Origin: Octopus sinensis
Lineage: Eukaryota
Length of the DNA: 64,000 nt
Direction of reading: 5' to 3'
Assembly (NCBI RefSeq): GCF_006345805.1
Contig: NC_043011.1
Location: forward strand, 53,208,464 to 53,272,463
Position numbers and translations under genes: made by a program. Below are positions 53,591-64,000 of the stretch, piece by piece. Positions within the stretch are counted from its first letter, which is position 1; each line of letters starts with the position of its first letter. Under the pieces are notes generated by a model that had not been told where the DNA came from, made no database searches, and saw nothing but the letters and a program-made list of their open reading frames with translations.

Positions 53591-53929
53591 TGTATTATTA
53601 TTAGGGGACGGTGAAAGGGTGGCGAGTCGGCACATTCATAGAGTATTGGAATAAATTCCTCGTGGTATTTCTTCTGGCTCTTTGTGTTGTAAGTTCAAAC
53701 CCTGCTGAAGTCATTTTCATTTTCCATTCTTTCTGGGGTGATAAAATTAAGAACCAATCACAGTTGTGGGGGTCAATTGTAACTATTAACCCCCTTCCTC
53801 CTAAAATTGCTGGCCTTGTGCCAAAATTTGAAACCATTATTATTTTGGCTTGACTCAGGTTTGGTCTTATTCCTGGTAGGAATTATGTGAGTATCGGGTT
53901 ACTGCCTGTAACCTTAAGTAACCCCAAAT

Positions 53930-54152
53930 TTTCAGTAGCCTTTCAAGTGCTTAGAACCCTCCTGATAATCCTTGCTGCCCCTAAGAGACAAATGTTCTGC
54001 AGGAGCTCTACCAAGGATTCTATTCCAATCTCCTTCAGCCCATTTGTTCATATCTTCGCTTACTATTCCCAATGTACCAATTATTATAAGCTTGACCTTT
54101 AATGTTTGCATGCTCCAAATTCTTCCTATTTCAAATTTTAAGGGATTGTATT
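53930..54152 (-). mobile_element. R4/Dong-like LINE C-terminal fragment
   Basis: KKYNPLKFEIGRIWSMQTLKVKLIIIGTLGIVSE... Confidence 0.75.
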
Positions 54153-54178
54153 TTTTGTTGTTGTTGTTGTTGTTGTTG

Positions 54179-54216
<38 letters not shown>

Positions 54217-54479
54217 TATTATTATTATTATTATTATCATTATTATTATTAAGGCAGTGAGCTGGCTGAATCATTAACATGCTGGATGAAATGCTTAGGG
54301 GTATTTCACCCATTGCTACATTCTGAGTTCAAATTCCGCAGAGGTCAACTTTGCCTTTCATCCTTTTGGGGACAATAAATTAAGTACCAGTGATCAACTA
54401 GTCCCCTCCTCCAAAATTTCAGGCCTTGTGCCTTTAGTAGAAAGGATTATTATTATTATTGTTATTATTATTATTATTC

Positions 54480-54639
54480 TATGTTTGACTTTTGCTTTAT
54501 GTCTGTACAAGTTGGCTCCAAGTCTCACCCAGAGACCTCAAGAGACAACAGGTTGGAAGTTCTGTGCCATATATTTGGAGTTTTTTTTTTTTTTGGTGTT
54601 GTACTAGTGAATGTCTAATACATAAAAATAAAATTAAAA

Positions 54640-54670
<31 letters not shown>

Positions 54671-54832
54671 AAAAAAGTTTGTTTTAAACCTTGGGATTAC
54701 ATAGAGAGTATTTTACGTAGGATATGAGCAGTTCCCATGAGCACTATCTTTTGAATTTCTGCCATTTTGGGGTTTCCTGGTATCTGAGTTAGGTAGCAAT
54801 CAGTCCCTTTCGCTATCATTCCCAGGGCACCT
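54480..54832 (-). mobile_element. R4/Dong-like LINE 3' end within (TAA)n
   Basis: IGALGMIAKGTDCYLTQIPGNPKMAEIQKIVLMGTAHILRKILSM* plus 3' UTR. Confidence 0.8.
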
Positions 54833-54851
54833 ATTATTATTATTATTATTA

Positions 54852-54886
<35 letters not shown>

Positions 54887-54904
54887 GTTATTATTATTAT
54901 TATT

Positions 54905-55225
54905 CAGTAGTTTTATTTTTATCACGTGCTTTCACTTCACTACCGAGTGCAGCTCTGTGTGCCTTGGGTATGTGCTGTGATTTGTTGTGATGCTCTTATG
55001 GTTACTGTATTGAAAGTGTTTTGCGTAGAATGTGTGCAGTGCCCAGTAGTGCAATTTTCTGTATGTTGTATATATTTGTAAGTCCTGGTGTTTTTGCTAT
55101 GTATTTGTCTGAATATTTTTTTATCATACCTAATGCGCCTACTATGATAGGAATTGCTTCTGTCTTTAGATTCCACATTCGAGTTACCTCTATTTCCAGG
55201 TCTTTGTATTTTGAAAGTTTCTCCA
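54905..55225 (-). mobile_element. R4/Dong-like LINE 3' end within (TAA)n
   Basis: MEKLSKYKDLEIEVTRMWNLKTEAIPIIVGALGMIKK...IQKIALLGTAHILRKTLSIQ*. Confidence 0.85.
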
Positions 55226-55243
55226 TTATTACTGTTGTTGTTG

Positions 55244-55281
<38 letters not shown>

Positions 55282-55315
55282 GTTGTTGTTGCTGTTGTTG
55301 TTGTTGTTATCATCA

Positions 55316-55370
<55 letters not shown>

Positions 55371-56059
55371 GGTGGCAAGCTGGCAGAATCGTTAGCACAC
55401 TGGACAAATGCCTTAGCAGCATTTTGTTTGATTATACGTTCTGAATTCAAATCTTCTGAGGTCAACTTTGCTTTTCATCCTTTCAGGGTTTATAAAATAA
55501 GTACCAGTTGCATACTGGGGTCCATGTAATCGACTTACTTCCTTCCCCGAAATTGCTGGCCTTGTGCCAAAATTTGCTACGAAGCATTTTGTCCGGCATG
55601 CTAAACTGGCGACATCTACAATTTCATGGAGCTTGACGTGTGTTTTCATGCGTAGCAAATCATGTATGTATGTTGTCATATATGTAAGTATGTGTATCAT
55701 CATCATCATCATCATCATTTAGCGTCCGCTTTCCATGCTAGCATGGGTTGGACGGTTCAACTGGGGTCTGTGAAGCCAGAAGGCTGCATCAAGCCCAGTC
55801 TGATCTGGCAGTGTTTCTACGGCTGGATGCCCTTCCTGTCATTATTCAATTTCATTTCAAGATTTCTTGCCAAAAGAGAAAGAGCTGGTTTCTAATCTAG
55901 ATCCAAGGCTCCTTCATTGGAATTTCACCAACATCAACAGGGTATTTGTGTATATATGTGTATATATGCAGTATTTGGAGTCAGTGCATGTGCAGATTTA
56001 TATGTTTCGTTTTATGTATGCATTCTCGTGCACATAATTGCATGTCTAGACATGCGCAT

Positions 56060-56295
56060 ATATACTTAAATGATAAACTGGAAAGTTTTACAAATGTTTA
56101 CAGCACTAATAATGGCTTGGATCTGTAGTCTTTGAATCAGCTTTCTCGTTTCTGGTTTTGAGAAGCATAATTTCTCGAGATTGGTGCATAGGCAGTGTGT
56201 TACATTTACCAGTGCCCCAATAATTACAGGTATAAACCTGAACTTGTAATCCAGGCAGAGTAACTGTAAATTTCTCCAAAAGTTCAGTATAAGTG
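56060..56295 (-). mobile_element. RLE-type non-LTR retrotransposon C-terminal fragment (second family)
   Basis: RNLQLLCLDYKFRFIPVIIGALVNVTHCL..LEKLCF..LIQRLQIQAIISAVNICKTF. Confidence 0.7.
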
Positions 56296-56671
56296 CTTTC
56301 TTTATGTATGCATGTATGTATGAATGTATATCATCATCTGTGTACATGCTCATGCATATATGTGTGTGCACGTGCACGTACATGTGGCCATGTGTGTGCA
56401 CATGCACTCAAAGTATAAACTTAGAGTAGCAAGAGACTGACTTAACCAAAATAGAAATAAAATTAATCTCTTCTGTGTTACTGAGCATTCTTCACTTTCA
56501 CAGTTCAACATTAAACTAATATATATATATACATATACACAAACACACACATATATATATGTATGTATGTGTAAATATATGTATATGTATATATGTATAT
56601 AAATGTATGTATATGTGTGTGTATATATATGTATATATATATGTATATGTGTATGTATATGTATATGTATA

Positions 56672-56711
<40 letters not shown>

Positions 56712-56834
56712 TTATATATATATAATATATATATATATATATTTATAATGTGTGTGTGTATGTATGATGTATATGTATATGTATATATATATATGTGTGT
56801 ATATATATATAATATAAGATGTAGAGCAGTATTA

Positions 56835-57048
56835 TTAAAAATGGGGAAGGCTAGGTTGATGGATTACCTCAGGTTTCCCGTCCATAAATAATTTAGCTTT
56901 ATAGCATATCATCAGATCCCAAAAACCTGTTGGCCCACGTGGTCATGGGCCAACAGGTTTTTGGGATCTGATGATATACCATAAAACTAAACCCTTTATG
57001 GTTGGGAAACTTAAAGTAATTCCATGAACTGGCCTTGCCCATTTTTAA
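56835..57048. mobile_element. Palindromic Penelope-like fragment with a hammerhead-like motif in each arm
   Basis: Perfect 32-bp stem 56906-56937/56946-56977. Minus: ggat-CTGATGA...GAAA-cctgagg-TA-atcc. Plus: ggat-CTGATGA...GAAA-cttaaag-TA-attcc. Confidence 0.7.
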
Positions 57049-57049
57049 C

Positions 57050-57122
<73 letters not shown>

Positions 57123-57436
57123 TCTTTTATTCTATTATTTGTTTCAGTCACTTGACTGCGGCCATGCTGGAGCACCAACTGTAGTTGAACAAATCAACCC
57201 CAGGACTTATTCTTTGGAAGCCTAGTACTTATTCTATAGGCCTCGTTTAGTAAACCGCTAAGTTACGGGGACATAAACACACCAACATCAGTTGTCAAGT
57301 GATGTTGGGGAGGACAAATGCATATACATATATATATATATTTGTATATATATATTTGTATATATATATATATATATACATACATGTGTGTGTATGTGTG
57401 TATGTATGTGTATATAAGTGCATGTATGTGTATATA

Positions 57437-57596
57437 CAAGGTGGGCCAAAAGTCATGCATAAAATGATTTCAGTACACTCCAGAATTGTCAAAGACATAC
57501 CTCAATTTTTCTAAAATTGAATAAAATATATAAAATAATGATAAATACACATACTTGTACATGATGAACAATAATAATAATAATAATAATAATAAC

Positions 57597-57646
<50 letters not shown>

Positions 57647-57707
57647 TGATGATGTGATGATAATGTAAATAAAATGTCAAATGTTTTGGTGTGTGACTTT
57701 TGGCCCA

Positions 57708-57712
<5 letters not shown>
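57437..57712. mobile_element. Tc1/mariner-type MITE with internal (TAA)n
   Basis: TIRs gtgggccaaaagtca / tgacttttggcccac. Confidence 0.7.
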
Positions 57713-57746
<34 letters not shown>

Positions 57747-57946
57747 CACCCATGCCATCATGAAAAATGGACATTGAAGGACGATGATGATGATATATAG
57801 ATATATGGTTTGTGTGTGTGAGCGTTAATATGTATATCTGTGTGTTCGTACTTTTGTATATTTGTGCGTGTGTCTCTGCATGCACCTATCTATGTGTGTT
57901 TATCATTATGCATTTATCTATGCACACACACACACATAATATATAT

Positions 57947-57993
<47 letters not shown>

Positions 57994-58084
57994 TCTTTGT
58001 GTGTTTGTGAGAGAGTTTGAATGTGCATATGTGCGTGTGCATTGTGGTGAGTCATTAGACTTGTAATCCCTGAGGTTGTTGGCG

Positions 58085-58330
58085 AAGGTCAGAGTGACAT
58101 CGAGAGCAATGTTTACATATTATGCTCCCACAGGAAACGGGGTTAAATGAGGAATGTAACGATCACCATTAGGTTTAGTGGCCTTATCACAGTTACCGCA
58201 AAGGAATTCAATATCAGCCCTGCATAACTCTTCTGGGACCTTTCTTAATTCTTTTCTTATGTCTCCGTGGAAGCAGATGAAAGACAGCTCTGCCTTCCAG
58301 ATCACAGAACATATTAGATTCAGTACCTGC
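58085..58330 (-). pseudogene. Decayed RTE LINE fragment
   Basis: ..ADIEFLCGNCDKATK.. resembles the FVCDRCAG segment at the window start. Confidence 0.45.
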
Positions 58331-59047
58331 CCTGAGATTCACAAAAAAAAAAAAAAAAAAAAAAAATTAAGGATCTGTATTTGCACTGATATTGAACTCA
58401 CAAACTAATAGGCTGGTAGACCAAAACCTTATGCACTCAGCCATATCATTTTGTTCTCTACATATAAATATGAGTGTGTGTGCCTCTGTATGCATATGCA
58501 CATATATAGATATGTATGTATATATGTATAGCTAGCTTGCTGGATCAATAGATACAGACATACATAATATGTATGTATATAAATATATATATATCCATAT
58601 GTGTATACACGCATCACACATGCACGCACACACACATATGTAGTTATATATATGTGCGTGTGTGTGTATGTATGGATATATATATATATTAATAAATTTC
58701 AGGGTAGCAAAAAAAAATTATTTAGAAATTTTTTTGCTACCAGTGGTCTAAGCGTGAAGAAAAAAACTAGTCAATAGACTATATATTATTCATATAAAAA
58801 ACAGTGTACATTTAAACACATAAGAGATGGCCATAATACTACTCCTTCTAGCAGGTTAGATGTCCTATTATGGCCATCTCCTATGTGTTTAAATGTACAC
58901 TGTATTTATATATATATATATAGATGACAAAACAACAAAAAAGCATCCGCTTCCAGATTTGTAGAGAAATCAAAGAAATTTTCTGTAAACTTATGTCTAA
59001 AGAGACTTGGTAAATGAGACAAAAGTGCTAATAAAGAATTTCCCACG

Positions 59048-59447
59048 TGGCTGTGTGGTAAGTAGCTTGCTTACGAACCACATGGTTCTGGGTTCAGTCC
59101 CACTGCGTGGCACCTTGGGCAAGTGTCTTCTACTATAGCCTCGGGCCGACCAAAGCCTTGTGAGTGGATTTGGTAGAACGAAACTGAAAGAAGCCCGTCG
59201 TATATATATGTATATATATATGTGTGTGCGTGTATGTTTGTGTGTCTGTGTTTGTCCCCCTAGCATTGCTTGACAACCGATGCTGGTGTGTTTATGTCCC
59301 CGTCACTTAGCGGTTCGGAAAAAGAGACCGATAGAATAAGTACTGGGCTTACAAAGAATACATCCCAGGGTCGAGTTGCTCGATTTAAGGCGGTGCTCCA
59401 GCATGGCCGCAGTTAAATTACTGAAACAAGTAAAAGATTAAAGATTA
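59048..59447 (+). mobile_element. SINE family A, full length
   Basis: Matches 33100-33490. Confidence 0.9.
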
Positions 59448-59507
59448 TTAAATTCTGAGTACCTCCTTTTTCTTAATACCCCCCCACACACACATACACA
59501 CTAGCTA

Positions 59508-60053
59508 CAAGGGTGAATCAAAAAGTTATGCCATTTTGTTTAGGACAGGTATAATTACCAACACAGGGACATGTATCATACATCAAAATGAAGCTGGTCC
59601 TCTGTGGATCACATCCCTACTTCTCAACATAGTCACCGTTTCTCAAATGCAATGTTCCACCTTTGAATGAGAGCATATATCTCTTGCCCCGTAAAATTCT
59701 GTTGACTTTTCTTTGAGCCACTTCTTCACTACAGTTTTCACTCCTCGTCACTGGACTATCATCTCTTCGGCCCCATGAAAGAGGGTTTGAGAGGCAAGCA
59801 TTATTCCAGTGACGAGGAAGGGAAAACTGTGGTGAAGAAGTGGCTCAAAGAACAGTCAATAGAACTTTACGGGGAGGGATACATGCTCTCATTCAAAGGT
59901 GGAACATTGCTATTGTGAGAAACGGTGACTATGTTGAGAAGTAGGGATATAATTAAAAGAGGACCAGCTTCATTTTGATGCATGATACATGTTCCTGTTT
60001 TGGTAATTATACCTGTCCTAAACAAAATGGCTTTACTTTTTGACTCACTCTTG
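59508..60053. mobile_element. Mariner-derived foldback element
   Basis: TA TSDs; ~248 bp inverted arms (59508-59755/59805-60053); DYHLFGPMKEGLRGKHYSSDEE..GIHALIQRWNIAIVRNGDYVEK*. Confidence 0.9.
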
Positions 60054-60516
60054 TATATTACTTTCAATGGTGTAGCTAGTGTGTGTGTGTCTTCCTGGGT
60101 GACCCTTGATTTTGCTGCACCCCTTCATCACCCTGTGTTCATACAGGCTTTATACAGCAAACCCAAAATTCCACCCCAGTATTCTGTTTCATTTCACTGA
60201 TGGAACTTATGCCTCTCCTTTGCTGCTGCACCAGAATCTCTAAGTCTAGTCAGAACCTTGCAAAGTGATTATCCCACAAGCCCCCAGCAACCCTCTTTTG
60301 CTGGTTCACTATAAACCCACCAATCTAGACCTCTCCTGGTATTTAGCAAGTTTTCTCAAAGCCTGATCATTTTTTCCTTTCGCTTTTATTGTGTTTTCTT
60401 GATAATCATTTTACACAAAACAAAATTATTTTCATTATAAATGTAAAATATTTATACCTCTAATTACTGTAACAACTCATTTGTGCAAATTAGTTTTTAA
60501 CCCTCTTGCTGCCAGT

Positions 60517-60815
60517 GGAGGTGCAATGGCCCAGTGGTTAGGGCAGCGGACTCATGGTTGGAGGATTGCGGTTTCGATTCCCAGACCGGGCGTTGTGTGT
60601 GTTTATTGAATGAAAACACCTAAAAGCTCCACAGGGCTCTGGCAGGGGGTGGTGGCGACCCCTGTTGTACTCTTTCACCACAACTTTCTCTCACTCTCTT
60701 CCTGTTTCTTGAGTAATGCTGCGATGGACTGGCGTCCTATCCAGCTGGGGTGAACACATATGCCACAGAAACCGGGAAACCGGGCCCACGAGCCTGGCTA
60801 GGCTTGAAAAGGGCA
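60517..60815 (+). mobile_element. tRNA-derived SINE family D
   Basis: A-box tggcccagtggttag, B-box ggtttcgattccc, body gcgatggactggcgtcc. Confidence 0.85.
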
Positions 60816-61071
60816 ACGTTTTACCTTTTGCTGCCAACCCATCTGAGATAACCGCTAGTTGTATGACACAAACTTTTCTATATTAAATTAAAACCTCCCA
60901 TCAAAATTTATGTTAATTTATGTTCCAAACATCAGCTTCATAATGAGAAAGTTATGATACTAAATTCTTAGCAAAATAAATTTAAACAAAGGCAGGTGTT
61001 TTAGTAGAAATATGGTAACTAAAGTGTCAAAGTGATGTAAATTAAAACTTTCCATCAAAATTTCATGTTAA

Positions 61072-61291
61072 CCCTTTAGCATTCATATTACTCTGTCAAA
61101 TGTAATGCTTATTTATTTACAGTGTTTTGAAATAATCATCTATAATCTCATAACTTCAAGATTTTGGTGATGTGACTGTATATTTTTAAAATGACATTGT
61201 AGAGTAGGTATAAGAGGCTAGATCTAACAAGTTTGTACTTAAAACATGTAGAATATTTGGGCCAGATATGGACGGTTTAAATGCTAAAGGG
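61072..61291. mobile_element. piggyBac-type MITE
   Basis: TTAA|ccctttagcatt...aatgctaaaggg|TTAA. Confidence 0.85.
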
Positions 61292-61508
61292 TTAAAGGAT
61301 GTTCCAAATGTCAGCTTAACCCTTTAACAGTTAATCCTTTTGATACCAACCCAACTGAAACTGCCACTGACTCTGTAGTACAAATGTTTTGTTTTCATAA
61401 GTTTTGAATTAAAATCTTCCACCAAACTTTAGTCACGATTTGTGCTCTTAACTCTAGCTTAATGATAACTAAATTTATTTTACTAAATTCTTTGTTATAT
61501 TTAAAAAT

Positions 61509-61805
61509 GGAGGTGCATTGGCCCAGTGGTTAGGGTAGCGGACTCGCGGTCGGAGGATCATGGTTTCGATTCCCAGACCGGGTATTGTGTGTGTTTATTT
61601 ATCAAAAACACCTAAAGCTCCATGAAGCTCTGGCAGGGGGTGGTGGCGACCCCTGTTGTACTCTTTCGCCCCAACTTTCTCTCACTCTTTCTTCCTGTTT
61701 CTTGGGTAACGCTGCAATGGACTGGGGTCCCGTCCAGCTGGGGAGAACACATAAGCCACAGAAACCGGAAACTGGGCCCATGAGCCTGGCTAGGCTTGAA
61801 AAGGG
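61509..61805 (+). mobile_element. tRNA-derived SINE family D, second copy, nested in a TTAA-flanked MITE (~61332-61886)
   Basis: Direct copy of 60517-60815; surrounding ends ttaatcctttt...aaaggattaa. Confidence 0.8.
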
Positions 61806-62271
61806 TACATAAATAAAAAAAATATATTTAAAATTAATTGAAAGAAACAGAGCATCTCAAAATAAATACGGTAACGAAAGGATTAAACAGACCATACCCA
61901 GCCAAAAATACTCTACCTGTTTTACATCCAAACTGACTAGATTCAGCCTCTTACACCTATCCTACAATGCCATTCATTCTAAAACTTAACAATCACATCA
62001 TTGAAACCTTGAAGCTAAAAGACAATGCATGATGAATTCAAAACTGTGAATTTGATAGAGTAAAGTGAATGCTTAATACTGGACACAGATATTTTACTGC
62101 ATTCTTCATTCTTTTCACTATTAACTGGGACAAAGGCAGCGTATTTCAATAGAAATATGGTAATGAAAGGTTTGATTCTATTTTTAATGTTAATTTCAAT
62201 GATTCTGACATTCTTGGAAAGTCTTTTGCAAAACAAATGGTGCCTATTTTGAGATCTTTGGTTTTTCAACT

Positions 62272-62479
62272 ATTCTTTTACTCTTTTATATGTTTCAGTC
62301 ATTTGACTGTGGCCATGCTGGTGCATCACCTTTAGTCAAAAAGATCGACCCCCCACCCCACAAAGACTTTTTTTTTTTTGTAAGTCTAGTATTCTGTCGG
62401 TCTCTTTACGAGCCACTAAGTTACTGGGACATAAACACACCAGCATCGGTTGTCAAGCAATGGTGGGGTGACAAACACA

Positions 62480-62538
<59 letters not shown>

Positions 62539-62670
62539 CAAGTGGCTTCTTTCAGTTTCCGTCTACCAAATCCACTCACAAAGCTTTGGTCGACCCAAGG
62601 CTATAGTAGAAGACACTTGCCGAAGGTGCCATGCAGTGGGAATGAACCCGGAACCATGTGGTTGGTAGCA
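62272..62670 (-). mobile_element. SINE family A
   Basis: Reverse complement of the family A sequence. Confidence 0.85.
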
Positions 62671-62788
62671 ATGTTGCCCAGCAGGATGGCATCATTCATA
62701 TATATATACTATATATATATATTTTTTATTTTATAGAAGGAGCTTCTACAGGACTATAACTGTTCATTCAGATGAAATCTTCATCGAA

Positions 62789-62837
62789 GCTTCCTGAAGA
62801 TTCATCTGAATGAAACAGTTTCTAGTCCTGTAGAAGC
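62789..62837 (+). ncRNA. Compact type I hammerhead ribozyme inside a 62726-62854 palindrome
   Basis: gcttc-CTGAAGA-ttca(tc)tgaa-t-GAAA-cag(tttctagtc)ctg-TA-gaagc; perfect 5-bp stem I and a GUA triplet. Confidence 0.7.
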
Positions 62838-62942
62838 TCCTTCTATAAAATAAATTACTTTACTCTGCTATGTATTGAGTACCTTATTTACTGTGGTTAA
62901 CCCCGACTCAACCCGGGACCTACATATATATATATATATATA

Positions 62943-62993
<51 letters not shown>

Positions 62994-63008
62994 ATATATA
63001 TATATATC

Positions 63009-63053
<45 letters not shown>

Positions 63054-63504
63054 ATATATATATAATATATATATTAGTTTTAGTCATCGCCATACTAATA
63101 TGGCATCTTATAAAAATAAGAATAAAGCTGACCGCGTATTAGCTCCATGAGGCCATCGCCTAAGTTAGCTATTTGATACACAAACTGTATCCATATAACT
63201 TAGGAGACTTAGTAATTTAATATTTCTATTATATATATACATATACATCAAATCAAATTCACAGCATGATTGCTGCCAGAGCAGCTGACTGGCTTCTGTG
63301 CTGGTGGCATATAAAAAGTACCATTCAAACGTGATTGTTACCAGCGTTGCCTCACAGCCACTCAAGGCTTTTGGTCAGCCCAAGGCTATATATAGTAGAA
63401 GACACTTGCCCAAGATTCCACGCAGCAGGAGTGAACCCAGGACCATCGTGGCTGGGAAGCAAACTTCTTAACCACACATCCATGCCTGTACCTATTTTCT
63501 TATA

Positions 63505-64000
63505 TCATATATATAAAAAGAACTATAGTTGTGTGAGTGTCTGTCCCTCGATTTAGATTCCTAACTACTCCCACATTTTGCGGTGCAGTTTAACCAAAAC
63601 CGGGTATCTTATAGTCGTGATTCATATCGAGCCCGTCTGTTATTAGCGCGCGTCACGATTGTCTTACGATTTTAAAAATAGTTTTAACATCATTTTTTAT
63701 CCCATTTTAATGCATAATTTTTTCGTGTGTCGATGGCGGCGGAGTTGGCATCCATGTCACACCTGCACCTGTGTTTTGCTTCTCCCCCTTCTTCCCTCCC
63801 TCGTGAAGCGTGTGGGGAAGGAGTGTAAGGAAATCAACGTCGTAAAGCGTTGTCAAGGAGACCAGCGTTCTTTTAGAACAACGACTTCATGGCTTGAAGA
63901 CACCAAAACAGAAATGGCTAAGAAAGCCCGAATTGGCTTCTATAAGGGAAATAACTCTCTAAAAATGCTTATATAGTTATTTCCCTTACAAACCCGAGCA
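63505..64000 (+). mobile_element. Probable non-autonomous Helitron-like repeat, truncated by the window end
   Basis: Starts tatatataaaaag..gtgtgagtgtctgtcc with a CpG-rich, young-looking body. The diagnostic 3' CTAG is not visible in the window. Confidence 0.45.

Noticed and set aside
60517-60590. tRNA gene
   Set aside because: A/B boxes are present but continue into a SINE body that is duplicated at 61509; no proper acceptor stem.

Overview
AT-rich eukaryotic DNA dense in microsatellites and transposons. The repeat families resemble those of Octopus/coleoid cephalopod genomes; this is an inference from recognised repeats, not a database hit. No intact protein-coding gene is supported, and almost all listed ORFs are translations of simple repeats or SINEs. 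The window holds several tRNA-derived SINE families, RTE-, R4/Dong- and CR1/L2-type LINE fragments, Tc1/mariner remnants, piggyBac-type MITEs, Helitron-like ends, a probable solo LTR and minisatellites. The clearest unannotated signal is about 11 type-I hammerhead-ribozyme-like motifs of the Penelope-like-element type, five of them between 5.98 and 9.06 kb. Several keep an intact catalytic core, have a palindromic stem III and sit in inverted repeats. Also notable are a triplicated ~0.6-1 kb conserved module (23.5-29.7 kb) with an invariant minus-strand splice donor, a ~265 bp inverted duplication enclosing the third copy, and a triplicated ~30-nt motif that looks like paralogous microexons (2.56-3.27 kb). 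All alignments and folds were done by eye, and element boundaries without TSD/TIR support are approximate.
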